Shown here: in pieces, positions 1-13,325 of the stretch
Position numbering within the stretch: the stretch's first letter is position 1
Layout of the letters: every line of letters begins with the position of its first letter
Assembly (NCBI GenBank): GCA_951406725.2
Contig: OX597831.1
Span: 35,340,001 to 35,404,000, forward strand
From: Octopus vulgaris
Lineage: Eukaryota
Direction: 5' to 3'
DNA: 64,000 nucleotides
Program-made: the position numbers and the translations under genes
The notes under the pieces: model-generated
What the model saw: the letters and a program-made list of their open reading frames with translations, nothing else
Database searches by the model: none
Told to the model about the DNA's origin: nothing

Positions 1-3000
1 CATTATTAACAAAACCTTCATGTTTGAATTCAGTAAAGTTGTGATAAGGCGTGCAATCACGCATGTGTGTATGTATATGTGTGTACGAGTATGTGTGTAT
101 ATGTGTTAAAAAACTTAAATAAATAAAATTAACAAAAAGAAAAACAAAAACAGGGAAATTTTTTTTTTATTTTTCCTCATTCCATTTGAAGAAATTTCTT
201 AAGAGATAAAGAAGAAAAAAAAAATCATTCCTGCTGAATTGAATTTAGATGAATTTCCCTCAATAATTGCAATGGTCAAGATTAAATTATTGTAATAAAA
301 CCTCATGTAAAATTGTATTAAAAACATTTCATTTAAAAAAAAAAAATGAGAATGAAAACGCAAAAACAACAGAAAAAACAAACTTTGGCTTTTTTTTTTT
401 GAAAAATGTTTCTTTTCTTAATGAATAGATCATAAAACCCTGGTTCAAGGTTAATTTGAGACATTTGACATTTTCCTTAATATAAGTATTTTTTTTATTT
501 TTAAAGAGTAAATTAAATTATTTTTAATGGTGGAACTTGAAGTAGATAAATAAGTGTTTAGAATATAGGGTTAAAAAAACCCCAAAAAACCTTGACTGGT
601 AAAATTTCAGAGACTACCCATGGAAATTGAACCCACATCTTATGTGAATATGACAGACTTACTAACCATTATATTGAGGCAGTGGTTCCCAACCTGGGGT
701 CTGTGGTCCCCTGGTGGTTTGCAAAGGTAGTACGGTGGGTGGAGGCGTGAACTAAAAAAAAAAGTACTGGTGGGGGAGTCTATTTGTTTGTCTAAAATTC
801 TTAAAGGTGGTGTGCCAGCATGGCTGCAGTTTAATGACTGAAACCAGTAAACGAATCATAAATGTATAGGATATTGGATTAAGAAATCCCTTAGATGGAA
901 AAAAAAGTCAAAGGCTGCCCATGGTTAGCACATTTGTTATGTTTGCAGAAGATGTGAATTCATATCCTATTGGCATCCTTTCACTTTTTCTCCATTCAAG
1001 GCCCTTTTTTTTAGGCCAACATTTCACACATTATTATTTATAACTTTATATAAGGTGATGAGCTGACAGAATCATGAGCACACCAGACAAAATACTTAGA
1101 GGGCATTTTGTTTGTGTTTGTGTTCCGCTGAGGTCAAATTTGCCTTTCATCCTTTCAGGGTTGATGGAAAAAGTACTAGTTGAGCCCTGGGGCCGATATA
1201 GTCGACTATCCACTTCTCCCAAAATTCCAGGCTTTGTACTTTTAGTAGAAAGGATTATTTATAATTTTGTCTATTTCAAGTTTAACTGTTAAAAATAATT
1301 TATTTCTTATCTTGAAGTTTCTAAACTGTTACAATTTAAATAATATTTTTCTTAAGGAAATAGCTGGACTGCTGTCAAACCAGTGTGTTTCATGGTGATT
1401 CATTGAGTATGAAATCGACAGGTGGTTGGCAAAATCAGGAGAGTGTCAGAGAAAAAGACTTGTGGTGATTTATTATGTTCTTAGTTCAATTTCTACCCTG
1501 GTTGACTTGTTCTTTTCATCTTTCTGATGTTAACAAAATGAGTTCCAGCCCATAAAATGAGCGAACCTTTTGATACAATAATTTCTGGGAGAGAGGGAGG
1601 GTGTGGTGTAATTGTATCCCAGAAAATGATGTGTTCTAGTTTAGCTAAAGTTCAGTGGCTGAAACCAATCCATGTTAAAGTATAAAAAAGTACTTAACCC
1701 TTGAACATTCAAACTGCCCATATATGGCCCAAATATTCTACATTGTTTTTATGTCCAAAACTGACCAGATCTGGCATCTCACACCTACCCTACAATGTCA
1801 TTCTAAAAATCAACATTCATGTCATCAAAATCTCAAAGTTACAAGGTAATGATTGCTAAAGCATTAATAGGGCCCTTATTGTCAAGATTCTGTTTTTCAG
1901 TTGAAAAATCCGAGCTACCTTTAATTAATATTTCTTTGGTAATTAATCAAGAAACTTGCGCAATTCTTCAAAGAGTAATTTTCTTTTTGGTTTTTACTGA
2001 AATAACAGAACATTTTTATGGCCATCATTTCTAAACTCAGAGTAGCAGAAAATAGCTTTTGGGATGGAGAAGGTTATTGGATTCAACAGTAGAAACTACA
2101 TGTGTGCAAACACATATAAAAATTTGCCTGCAAATATCTAAATTTGCAGCCTCATCAATCTAATCCTAGGTACAAGACAAGCATTCATTACATGCTCTGT
2201 TGAATTTCTAGAAATAGCAGCCACTCATTTATCCTGCTCTATCATCTTATAAAGAAAGAAGAGAAACACGAGTCCTTGATATATTGTGTGAACAAAAAAA
2301 AAAGATGGGCTGGTCATGGCTGGAATGCCTTTCGTTTTAAGAAATTCAGTATAAGCTGAACTGCTGCTAAACCACAATAACCATATCACTAAGCCAGCAA
2401 AGGAGCCTATATGTGACTACTTGGCCTGCTAAAAATAGCTGTCAAACCTTCATTAAATATTTCTCTAGTATTTTATAAAAGAAAAGATCGATGTTTGAAA
2501 GAATTTTTTTTAAATGATGAGAAAGAACACCTTTGATTAATAGGTCTGCTTGATCAAGGCTGACCTGGGGTTAAACAGCAGCAACAAGACAGAATGATCA
2601 CAGCTGGAACAACTTTTGATCACATGTCTGGTTGATCAGTACTGACCTGGGGCTAAACATCAGCAAGACAGAACAGTCACAGTTGGAGCACCTCTGATTA
2701 TAGGTCAACTTCATCAGAGCTGACCTGAAGTTAAACAACAAGATGGTGAGGGCTCACTTGTGAAACTCCTTTAACCATAGACCTGTTTGGCTGGACTCAA
2801 CCTGTGACTAAATAACAACAATAACAACACAAGCTGTGAAAAAGAAAATTGAACCTTGAACTTAACTTAAGGTGGTACTTTGCAGAATCCATAGAGTGGC
2901 ACATTCTGAACTCAATTCTCACCAAGGTTGATTTTGCCTTAATCCTTCTAAACTCATTAATATATGTATCGGTTCACAAGTTATTGGTTCAATATAGTTA

Positions 3001-4169
3001 CCTGTATTGTGTGTGATGCTCCAGTATGGTCAATGCTCATTGACAGAACCAGTAAGAAAATAGATTGTGTAAAGTTCAATAGTTTTGTGTAATTAAGTTC
3101 ATTTTTCAGCCATGTGGTTTTAGGTTCAATCCCACCACAAGGCACCTTGAGCAAGTGTCTTCTACTATAGAACTAAGCCTTGAGAGGGAATTTGATTGAT
3201 GGAAACTCACAGAAGCCTGTTGTATGTATAGGTGTGTGTGTGTGTGTTGTGTCTCTGTCTTGACATTATATGAGAGTTGTTAGCAAACATCATCACCATA
3301 CAAGCAATGCCATCCATTTTCAGTCTTCCATGAAAACATGTCTGGCCTTGGGAAAATATTATCCTACCTGGAAAGAGGTTAGGGTTGGTGACAGATTTAT
3401 TGAAAATCTGTGTCATTGAATTCTATCTGACTCTGATATGCATAGAAAAGGGGACATTAAAACAATGACGGTGAATTGTTCCTTCTTCAGTGTGGACAAA
3501 GCTTAATCCTTTAACAATACACAAATATGTGCTAATAAGAGGACTTCAGTTCAGTTGCTTGTAGACCTACTAGAAATAGCAGCTTAATCACCCTCAAATT
3601 GCACCCTGCTGTCTTGACTACCAAAATAGGATACCTTGGAAAATGAAGTTCTTACTGTACTCCGATAATGCTAGGCTGGTCACAGCTGGAGTGTCTTTGA
3701 TCATAGGTCTGCTTGATAATGGTCAATATGACTGGGGGCTGGGATGGGGGATAAAACAGCTGCAGCAACAAAATAATTAGTTTGCTAATTAAGTCAGTCA
3801 TGATTAGAAAATAATAGAGCATGACATAAGCACTCAATAAATATATGTAGTATCTTGGATGTATTTTTGCAAAGGAAAGGTTGACAGTAGATTCTAAGTT
3901 CTACCTGTGATCAGCTTGAACACTTCCAAGTCCCTGTCAACCATTTGTTTGTAAAAATAAGTAGGCAGTGATGATACTAAGCAAATATAGAGCACTACCC
4001 ATTGCATGGAAATGTTTTGTTGACTTAGGTGAAACAGCTGCAAGTTAATAATTTGATTATATAATTTGTGTCCCTTTGTTATTTCTCACTAATATGTAAA
4101 CACACATATTACATACATATATATTTAGATACATATATAGATTTGTGTGCATATATATATATACATATA

Positions 4170-4206
<37 letters not shown>

Positions 4207-4914
4207 GTGTGTGTTTATATATGTATGTGTCTGTGAGTGTGTATAGCAAAAAAGGGGCACAGTAAAGTGTGTCATACAGCCAGAATCAGATTCAATTGTG
4301 GGTTCCACAGTCCAGTCCCACACCTAGTGTAGTACAATGCAGAGGTGCACTGATGAGGTGAAATGCATGATTGCATAATGTTACTACTACTACTGTTGTG
4401 TAATTATTTTGGCCTTCTGATGAAACATGTGTATGCTCTATAAAGCTTTGAATACCACACCTGTTTTCTGCTTAGTATTTTATGTCCAGGCTTCAGTAAA
4501 GTCATTTATGCTTGAGACACGATACAACATATAATGGAATAGCAAACATCAATCATCTATGAGTCAGAAGATTTGCAATGCATTAAATATATTAGTACCT
4601 GCATGAGCAGAGACAAGAAATAAACATTTAGGAAGAATTTAGATATTCTAGTATGAATGTACATATACACACATAGATACATACATAGACATGTACATAT
4701 ACACTTAAACAATCTGTTTAAAATATTATGTGCATGGCTTACAAAAATCTTCAACTATTCAAAGATCATCTAAAAACAGTTTTAAAACACTGCAAAACTG
4801 CAGTAACACAATGCATATGTACACACACATATATATAAATGTATGTGCATATTACATACATATATAAATGTAATGTATGTGTATTATGCAAACCCACATA
4901 TATGTATATATATA

Positions 4915-4968
<54 letters not shown>

Positions 4969-7160
4969 TACACACACATACAAACCCACACACGGTTATG
5001 TAAATTTGTATTTATTCTAATTTTGATATAGACACTCATCTTGTTTTTCTTTTTTTTTTATTTGTTTCCTATATTTATCAGATAATAATCCATACAAAAC
5101 TTTGGTAAGTCATCCAACGTCTAAAAATAATTTTTATAGTGAATTCACGTTTTAGTTTTTTTTTTCTTACCTTTCTTGTTTTTGTTTGTTTTCATTTTTA
5201 CATTAAATATATTTTCTTATTTCCTTCCCTTCTTCGTCTTATACACTCCATAGAAAATAGATTCAAATTAGATGCTTCTTCCAATACATGCAACAGAGCA
5301 ACAGATGCTTCCACAAATGCAAAAACTGACTTATCAAGTTTTTCTCCTTCTAACATTACATAGATAAATTTATTACTGCTCTCACCATTTCACGATTTCA
5401 CAATTTTTGCAAGTGTGACATTTCTTCAGCACAACACCATCTGCACTAGATTTATTATTAGTCTTAGGAAATGTTGCACAAGGCCATTCATATTTTCAGG
5501 TGTTATTTCTCAATAGGACCATTCATCTTTGTAAAGATTTCAGGATTTTCACAAGAGTGACATTTAGTGTACCATTGTTATACTGTACCTGCTGTAGATT
5601 TATATTTGGTCTTACAAAAATTCCACACGGGACCATTCATATTTTCAGAAGCTATGTCTCATGTAAACCATTTGTGTTTGCTCAGGAAGCATTCAGTTAG
5701 AAAACATTCATGTTTACAGGAAAACTTCCAGTTAGAGACATTCTTGTTTGCAGGGACACTTCAAGACAATATGAGTCATATTTGCAGGAAGCCTTTGAGA
5801 TAGAATCATTCCGATTTAAGAATTATTCATCTTTCCAGGACACTTTCAATATTTAGCCATTCATCTTTGCAAGAAAACTTCCAGTTTTCTAGATCTTTGC
5901 TTAGCCTAAGCTCCTAGGTGGCTTATCTTTTACACAATCACCATTTCCTTCTCACTACCACTTGTCCACTGTAACCCATTATGTTGTATGTGCCATTCCA
6001 AATAACCAGCAGTTTTATAATACAAATAAAACTCCTAACTTCCAAATAGGAATTTATCAAAGTTTTACAACTGTTCTTCTGTGCTGGTATTAGTTAGTTG
6101 TTCTGAGGCAGTGTTTCATGGTTGGATACCCTTCTTGTTATCAATCCTTTCAGTTTTCTCATGACACCCAAGGACACAGTGTACCAATTTTAAAATGGGG
6201 ATACACATGGTATAACTTCAGAATAGGAAACCCAATTAAAAAGACTCATGGGATTAAATTATTGTTACAGGAATTAAATATACAAAATCTTTTATATGTT
6301 TGAAGGTGAAATAGATATGGGATTTTTTCCCCCATGAATTCTTTATTGATATGCTTGATTCCACTTCAGGCCTTTTTATCCTGTTTCAATGCAGACAGGT
6401 CAGTTTATACCATGTGCCTCAGTAAAGTGAGCTGTTAGTAATAACTAGGGATCTACCAGAACTTCTATTAAAGTTACATGCAGTTATAGATTGGTGCTCT
6501 GTTTGGGGAGAAACTCTTTTCTGATTTTATAGATAGTGAAGATGCCGACGACCACTCAGTTCAAAGTCTCTCTTGACCAGAAATGGCCTGAACTCTTTGT
6601 ATGACACCCTCCCTGTCCCCCAACATGGCCTTGCTTTTGCTTTTTGAGCCAATAAGAATTGAATTGAATTTTGATATAACTGCAAGTGAACCTGCCTCTA
6701 AGTTCTGATGCAGTTCCTCTCATTATGTTGCGTTCCTAATTAAATTAAACCTTCCATCAAATTCTTGAGTATCAAAACACAAACATAATAATGACAAAGT
6801 TATTTTACTAAATCCATCCAAAAACTTGATGATGTTAAAAGCAAACTGAATCATACAGGTAATGTATTTTCTTAGTAATACGATTATGGAAAGATTAATT
6901 TCATAAAGACCAGAAATAAATGCCATCTGTATTCTCTTTTCTGGTTCATGAAATGACAAACTATCAACAACTTTTCATTCCCTTGCTTCAAACTTGAATG
7001 TGTTTTATAATTTAATCTTTAATTTCAATTGTGTCATATTTTGATTCCTGTTAGAAACATATTCCCTTAGGATCTGCTAATCTAGCTTTTCAACAGTATC
7101 ACATGCAATGTTCTGTCACACACTGTGTGTGTGTCCATCCGTCCATCCATCCATCAATCC

Positions 7161-7198
<38 letters not shown>

Positions 7199-9179
7199 TA
7201 GTGACAAAGTATTAATACAATGAGGTAATATTTATTCCAACTTAAACATGGCTGTTCAGTCAGAACAAACTATACTGCAGAAGATGCCACGAGAGAAAGT
7301 CTCATATTGGCTTTTGGTACAGAATGCCCTCTTGCTTATATCGCTAGTGGGGATGTGATTTTGACTGTCATCGGTCTTGTCAATGAGGAATGCTCCACTG
7401 CTAGAAATAGCAGTGACTCATTTCCTTGCCAATGATATATAGAAGAGCAGTGCAAGGGCAGGTAATGGTGTCATGATTAGCGAATAAGCTTGTTAAAAAA
7501 AATGTATATATATGTTAGCAACAGAGACAGTTTTAATACTGAGTGGTAATGTTTATTCCCACTTAAATGTGGATGTTCTGTTGGAACAAAGTATTCTGCA
7601 GTATATGTTTCATATTTGCTTTTGGCACAAAAATCATTATTGTTTATTTTGCCAGTGGGGAGATAAACAAAACATCCAAGCTATATATATGTATATATAC
7701 ATATATATAGGCACACATACATACATACATACATATATATATATACAATATAATGTGTATGTATGGTAAGAAGCTTGCTTCCCAACCACATGGTTCTGGG
7801 TTCAGTCCCATTGCATGGAACCTTGTGCAAGCATCTTCTACCACAACCTCGGGCTGAAAGAAGCCTATTGTATGTATGTATCATCATCATTTAATGTCCG
7901 TTTTCCATGCTAGCATGGGTTGGATGATTTGACTGAGGTCTGGCGAACGAGACTCCAATCTGATCTGGCAAAGTTTCTACAGCTGAATGTCCTTCATAAC
8001 GCCAACCACTCCAAGAGTGTAGTGGGTGTTTTTACATGCCACTGGCATGAGGGCCAGTTTGGTGGTACTGGCAATGGCCACGCTCAAATGGTGCTTTTTA
8101 TGTGCCACCTGCACAGGAGCCAGTCTCGCGGCACTGGCAACGACCTTGCTCAAATGTATTTTCACGTGCCACGAGCACAAGTGTTAGTAAGGCGACACAG
8201 GTAACGATCATGCTTGAATGGTGTGTTTAACGTGCCATCGGCACGAAAGCCAGCTTGTTGCTCTGGCAACGATCTCACACGTATGGTACTCTTAGCGTGC
8301 CACTAGCAACGGATGCCAGTCACCGAGTTTGATTTCGATTTCACTTGCCTTAACAAGTCTTCACAAGCAGAGTTTAGTGTCCAACGAAGGAAAGGCATGC
8401 ATAAGTGGAGTGGTTACACCCCTAGCATAGACCATATATATATACGTATGTATTTGTCCCCCCCCACCATTGCTTGACAACTGATGCTGGTGTGTTTATG
8501 TCCCTGTAACTTAATAGTTCGGCAAAAGAGACCAATAAAATAAGTACTAAGCTTACAAAGATTAAGCCCTGGGGTGGATTTGTTCGACTAAAGGCGGTGC
8601 ACTAGCATGGCTGCAGTCAAATGACTGAAACAAATAAAAGAATATGCATTGATATACATACATATATAATATTTATTATACATACATATATTTTTTTCAG
8701 CCTGACTGAGAACAAAACACCACCTGGAAGTTTTACCATTGAATAACATTAAATATTGCGTGAACATCCATAAATCCAGTCTGAAACAATACTCCAAGAA
8801 ATCTTCATCATCTGAGCACTTATTTTTGTTATCTTTCTTTATTTTATCTCCTCCCTCACCTATGACCACCACCGTCATTAACAACAACAATAACCACAAA
8901 AACAGTCATGGACTTGACTTTTGGTGTAATGTAAATAAGTATTCATTTACCTGAAATAACGAACGTTTAATCTTTATTACACATGTGCACATGCACATAG
9001 GCACACGGACATACATATACACCCATACACATACACACACACAAATGCTAATATAGATATGCATTAGTTCATGTTAGAAGCATGGTGTTCCGCATGGAAG
9101 ATGGCATTTAATTTAAAGAGTATTAATTAAACAGTTAAATGCTGTTTTAATTGTGGGACATCTGTTGCATACGTCCAGA

Positions 9180-9225
9180 AGCATACATATATGTGTGTGT
9201 GCATATGTCTACCTCTCTCTCTATA

Positions 9226-9274
<49 letters not shown>

Positions 9275-9407
9275 ATGTGTACATATATATGTATAGATAT
9301 ATATGTATGTATACATATATATGTATAGATATGTATATACATATATATGTATAGATATGTATATATATATATATATATATACATATATATGTATGTATAC
9401 ATATATG

Positions 9408-9438
<31 letters not shown>

Positions 9439-9515
9439 ATGTATACATATATATGTATAGATATATATGTATATATATATGTGTGTGTGTGTATGTATAC
9501 ATATATATATAAATG

Positions 9516-9548
<33 letters not shown>

Positions 9549-9730
9549 ATATAATATATATATATATACATGTATATATATGTGTATATAATATATATAT
9601 ATATACATGTATATATATGTGTATATAATATATATATATATACATGTATATATATGTGTATATAATATATATATATATATGTGTGTATATATATGTATAT
9701 GTGTGTGTGTGTATGTGTATATGCATGCTT
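9180..9730. repeat. Compound (TA)n/(TG)n microsatellite
   Basis: Direct reading; similar tracts at 4100-4245, 4820-4990, 49848-49895, 50010-50070, 59950-60010, 61012-61088, 62840-63010, 63355-63602. Confidence 0.95.
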
Positions 9731-10692
9731 GTATAAATATGTACATATGCACTCATGTGGGTTGCCTATAACCACATGCGTGTGATTATTTTCAAACACA
9801 TGTATATAATCTTGAATCATTTAGGTGAAAAAAAAATCTATTATAAAGTTTAAATTTAAGCTCATTTATATTAATTTTATTTAAGAACCTAAATTATATT
9901 TTAATCTCCAGCTTGCTTAAGAATATCCGAATTAGTTATTTTACCAAATTCTTGATGATAATAAATGACAGTTTTGAAAATGTCAGTGTATTTCATTGGA
10001 AATATAGTAACCGAAGACTTAAAGACAAGCTTTTATGCAGGTTTATTAACCTTCATAGATATTTCCTTTAAGATTTGCCATTGTGTCTTCTGAAAATGTG
10101 CTGGCTTAGTTAATTGAAATAGAGCTGTTGTGGACTGAATGAGAAAGTAAAATAACCAATTAAGCTAATGAGAATTATTAATATTACTTATATTTTTATT
10201 TGGGTGGCCAGCTGGCGGAATCCATGCTGCACTGGGCTAAATGCTCAGCAGCATTTCAATTATCTTTTCATTCTGAGTTCAAATCCTGCCATGGTTGACT
10301 TTACCTTTCATCCTTTCAGGGTTGATGAAATAAGTACCAGTTGAGCACTGGGGTCGATGTAATCGACTTACCCTCTCCCTTGCAATTGCTGGCCTTGTGC
10401 CAAAATTCGAAACCATTATTATGGAAATGGAGGAGGAGAAATTTTTTGATTTTTAGTTTGGATTTTGTAATTCTACATACATTTGGTCGATTGAACTCTT
10501 TATTCTTCTGATTCTGTAATCTTCTCAAGATATGTCAGAAAATATAAATATTATCACTGTGTTTATTATTATCATTATTATTACAATTATTATGAATACC
10601 GTACAAAGTTTAAATGCAATTAAAACAGCAAATTGATATCTATTATATGCCAGAAATGTTAGGTTCAGTCATTCAGTTTTTGGTAAAACAGA

Positions 10693-10724
<32 letters not shown>

Positions 10725-10804
10725 TAATAATAAGGTTACTTGTTGTAGCCTGATGTTAGGAATTTTTTCCAACAGTCTAGTCTGTTGTGTGTAAATGAAA
10801 TAAT

Positions 10805-10839
<35 letters not shown>

Positions 10840-11236
10840 TATATATTAAAAATTCCTTTGTAAAAAATAAAATAATTATAATAAAACAAAGAAAAAAGTT
10901 GTTCACTTATTTGTTATTTTCGATATTTGTTGTTGTTTAACCCCAAGTTAACCCTGATTGAGCAGACCCAAGATGAAAGGTGTTCCAGCTGGGATCATTC
11001 CAACTCCGTATATCTGCGATTTCATTGTCATTTGTCATACATGACTTTACTCTGTTTCTTTTTCTTTTTTCTTTTATGATGATTGAATGTGATTTAGGAG
11101 AATATAGTTTTCTGTTTCTTGTACATTGAGTTACCACTTGTGGAAGTTTATCCAATAGCTTTGTTCAAAACAAATAAATTAATATTGTTATACTCAAGGA
11201 TGGTCATTTAAAAAAAAATTTTTTTACCTATTAAAC

Positions 11237-12005
11237 CAGAGGTTCTCAACCATTTTTTACTAATAGATCCATTTGATTGCTATTTTACTTGAATGGACTC
11301 TCATAGCCATTCAATGTTTAAAAAGTTCTATTTTATTTTTAGAATTAAATATCATTAGGATTTGTATAAAAATTAGAATATTTTGTGTATTGTGGAAGTA
11401 TAACCAGTTTACTCTTTTCTACTCTAAGCACAAGGCCCAAAATTTTGGGGGATGGGGTCAGTCGATTATATCAACCCCAGTACACAACTGGTACTTAATT
11501 TATTGACCCCAAAAGGATAAAAGGCAAAGTTGATCTTGGTGGAATTTGAACTCAGAACGTAAAGACAGACAATGTACCGCAAAGCATTTCACCCAGCATG
11601 CTAACGTTTCTGCCAGCTTGCTGCCTTGACAAAACTGTTTAATCTTTACCACTCTTGGCACAAAGCCCAAAATTTTGAAGGATGGGGCCAGTCAATTAGA
11701 TCAACCCCAGTATGCAACTGGTAATTAATTTATCGATCTTAAAAGGATGAAAGGCAAAGTCGACCTCGGTGGAATTTGAACTCAGAACATAAAAACAGAC
11801 GAAATACTGCTAAGCATTTCAACCGGTGTGCTAAAGTTTCAATCAGCTCACTGCCTTTGTATAACCAGTTTATTTTACATAAACTTCACTGGTCTGAAGT
11901 ACAATTTTTTCATGGTCCCTGAAAAATTACCATGGAACCGCAATTTATTACATTGCATCCATGGACTCCACAAAATCTTATATGGACCCCGGTTGAGAAC
12001 TGTTG
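11237..12005. mobile_element. hAT-like MITE carrying two nested minus-strand SINEs
   Basis: CAGAGGTTCTCAACC ... GGTTGAGAACTGTTG ends; SINE copies at about 11420-11626 and 11650-11856; similar MITE ends near 680, 48205-48553 and 50800-51053. Confidence 0.65.
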
Positions 12006-12987
12006 AATTTATTTGATCTCCACTTTAGTTTTTATTTGTATTATTTTTAGTTTATATCTCTGTCAAAGTTCTTTTGCCACACAAGTATGTCTCTGGATAG
12101 AGACACATATCACAGGAAGATAAAATCGAATAAGCAAGAGAAGACAAAGCACGTGGGATAGAGAGTCATTGAAGAAGTGACAGAATGTATGACAAAAGAA
12201 CTTTGACAGACAAATATTCTAAAAATGATATGAGTAAGAATTGAAGTGGAGATTGAATAAATAATGTGTGTTTAATTGGAGAAAAAAAATGACGATCCCT
12301 AAGTATAACAATATCTGTTTCAACACGCGTTTTCACATCAAGAACCTTTCAAAAGAAATACAGGAAGGTTAATTAATTAATGTTTTTAAATTCATTAGTT
12401 CATATTAAATGCTGTTTGTAAATCTCAAGCTCATTATGGTTGACCTGTAGGATATGTGTTGAGAATGGCCTATATTAAGACATTCATTAAAGCATAGTTC
12501 CCTTGAATATGAAAAACTTAAAACATTGAGCAAAAGAATAAACAGAGATGGGATATATATGAAAGGAAGGAAGGAAGAAATTGAATTAGACTGGAATAGA
12601 AAGTAAAGTGAAGGAGAGATCAGAGAAGTACAAGAATGCAGAGAGAAGAGAGTGTAAGGTACAACACCAAGATATATTATGGCAAAGAGAATTTAAAGTA
12701 GGAAGAAAATGGTACCAACATCAACCAGGAAGTATAACAGAGAACGACCAATATACGATTTTATGGGATTTTAATGTATAGACTGATCACAAACTTCATG
12801 CAAAGTGACCAGATATTGTAGTTCTGGACTGGGGGAACAAAAAGAGATCATCATCACAGGTGTGGCTGCATCTGCAGACACGAATGCAGCAGTCAAAGAA
12901 GAGGAGAAAATAGGAAAACAGCAGGAATTAAGTAAGGAAATAAGACAATGGAGGGCGATTGCGGTTCTCATAGATGCCCTAGGTACC

Positions 12988-13202
12988 TGTTACACATTCA
13001 TATCTGTGTGTTTGCGAATGCCAAACTACTCCATACTCTTGGCACTATTTGTTAGTGAACAATACAAACTGTGTGTTAAGTAAACAATGTATCACTACAC
13101 GGCGATGGGTCGTCCATGTAAGTAACGTCAATAAACACGATAAACATAACAATGGTTTTCATTTGGTTGTCTTTCCCAATACAACAAACTACACGTATAA
13201 CA
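12988..13202 (+). repeat. 5' LTR
   Basis: TGTTA...TAACA, internal AATAAA; differs from the 3' LTR at one position by eye (T/C near the 3' end). Confidence 0.96.
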
Positions 13203-13214
13203 TGGTGGCAGCAG
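13203..13214 (+). other. Primer-binding site, probably tRNA-Leu
   Basis: TGGTGGCAGCAG abuts the 5' LTR; complementary to a ...GCTGCCACCA tRNA 3' end typical of tRNA-Leu. Confidence 0.7.
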
Positions 13215-13325
13215 TAAACAATTAATCCGGAATTGTGCTTTTAAAACAAAACAGGAACACAACGAACGTGGAATTAGCAAACAAAACATCGCTACGCTTC
13301 GGACAACATAAACAAAGATTCCAAG

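Noticed and set aside
4345-4385. Canonical CTGATGA...GAAA hammerhead core
   Set aside because: Stem III can form (ATGCA/TGCAT) but stem II is only GGT and no stem I closes the junction.
9127-9820. Long Y/I/H/T-rich ORFs (also 4057-5031, 59884-60383, 62729-63903)
   Set aside because: Translations of (TA)n/(CA)n microsatellites, which lack stops in several frames.
8906-10513. Resemblance of RPNVNEYLF to the C-terminus of bacterial adenine methyltransferases
   Set aside because: Only a few residues; no FxGxG or DPPY motif exons found.
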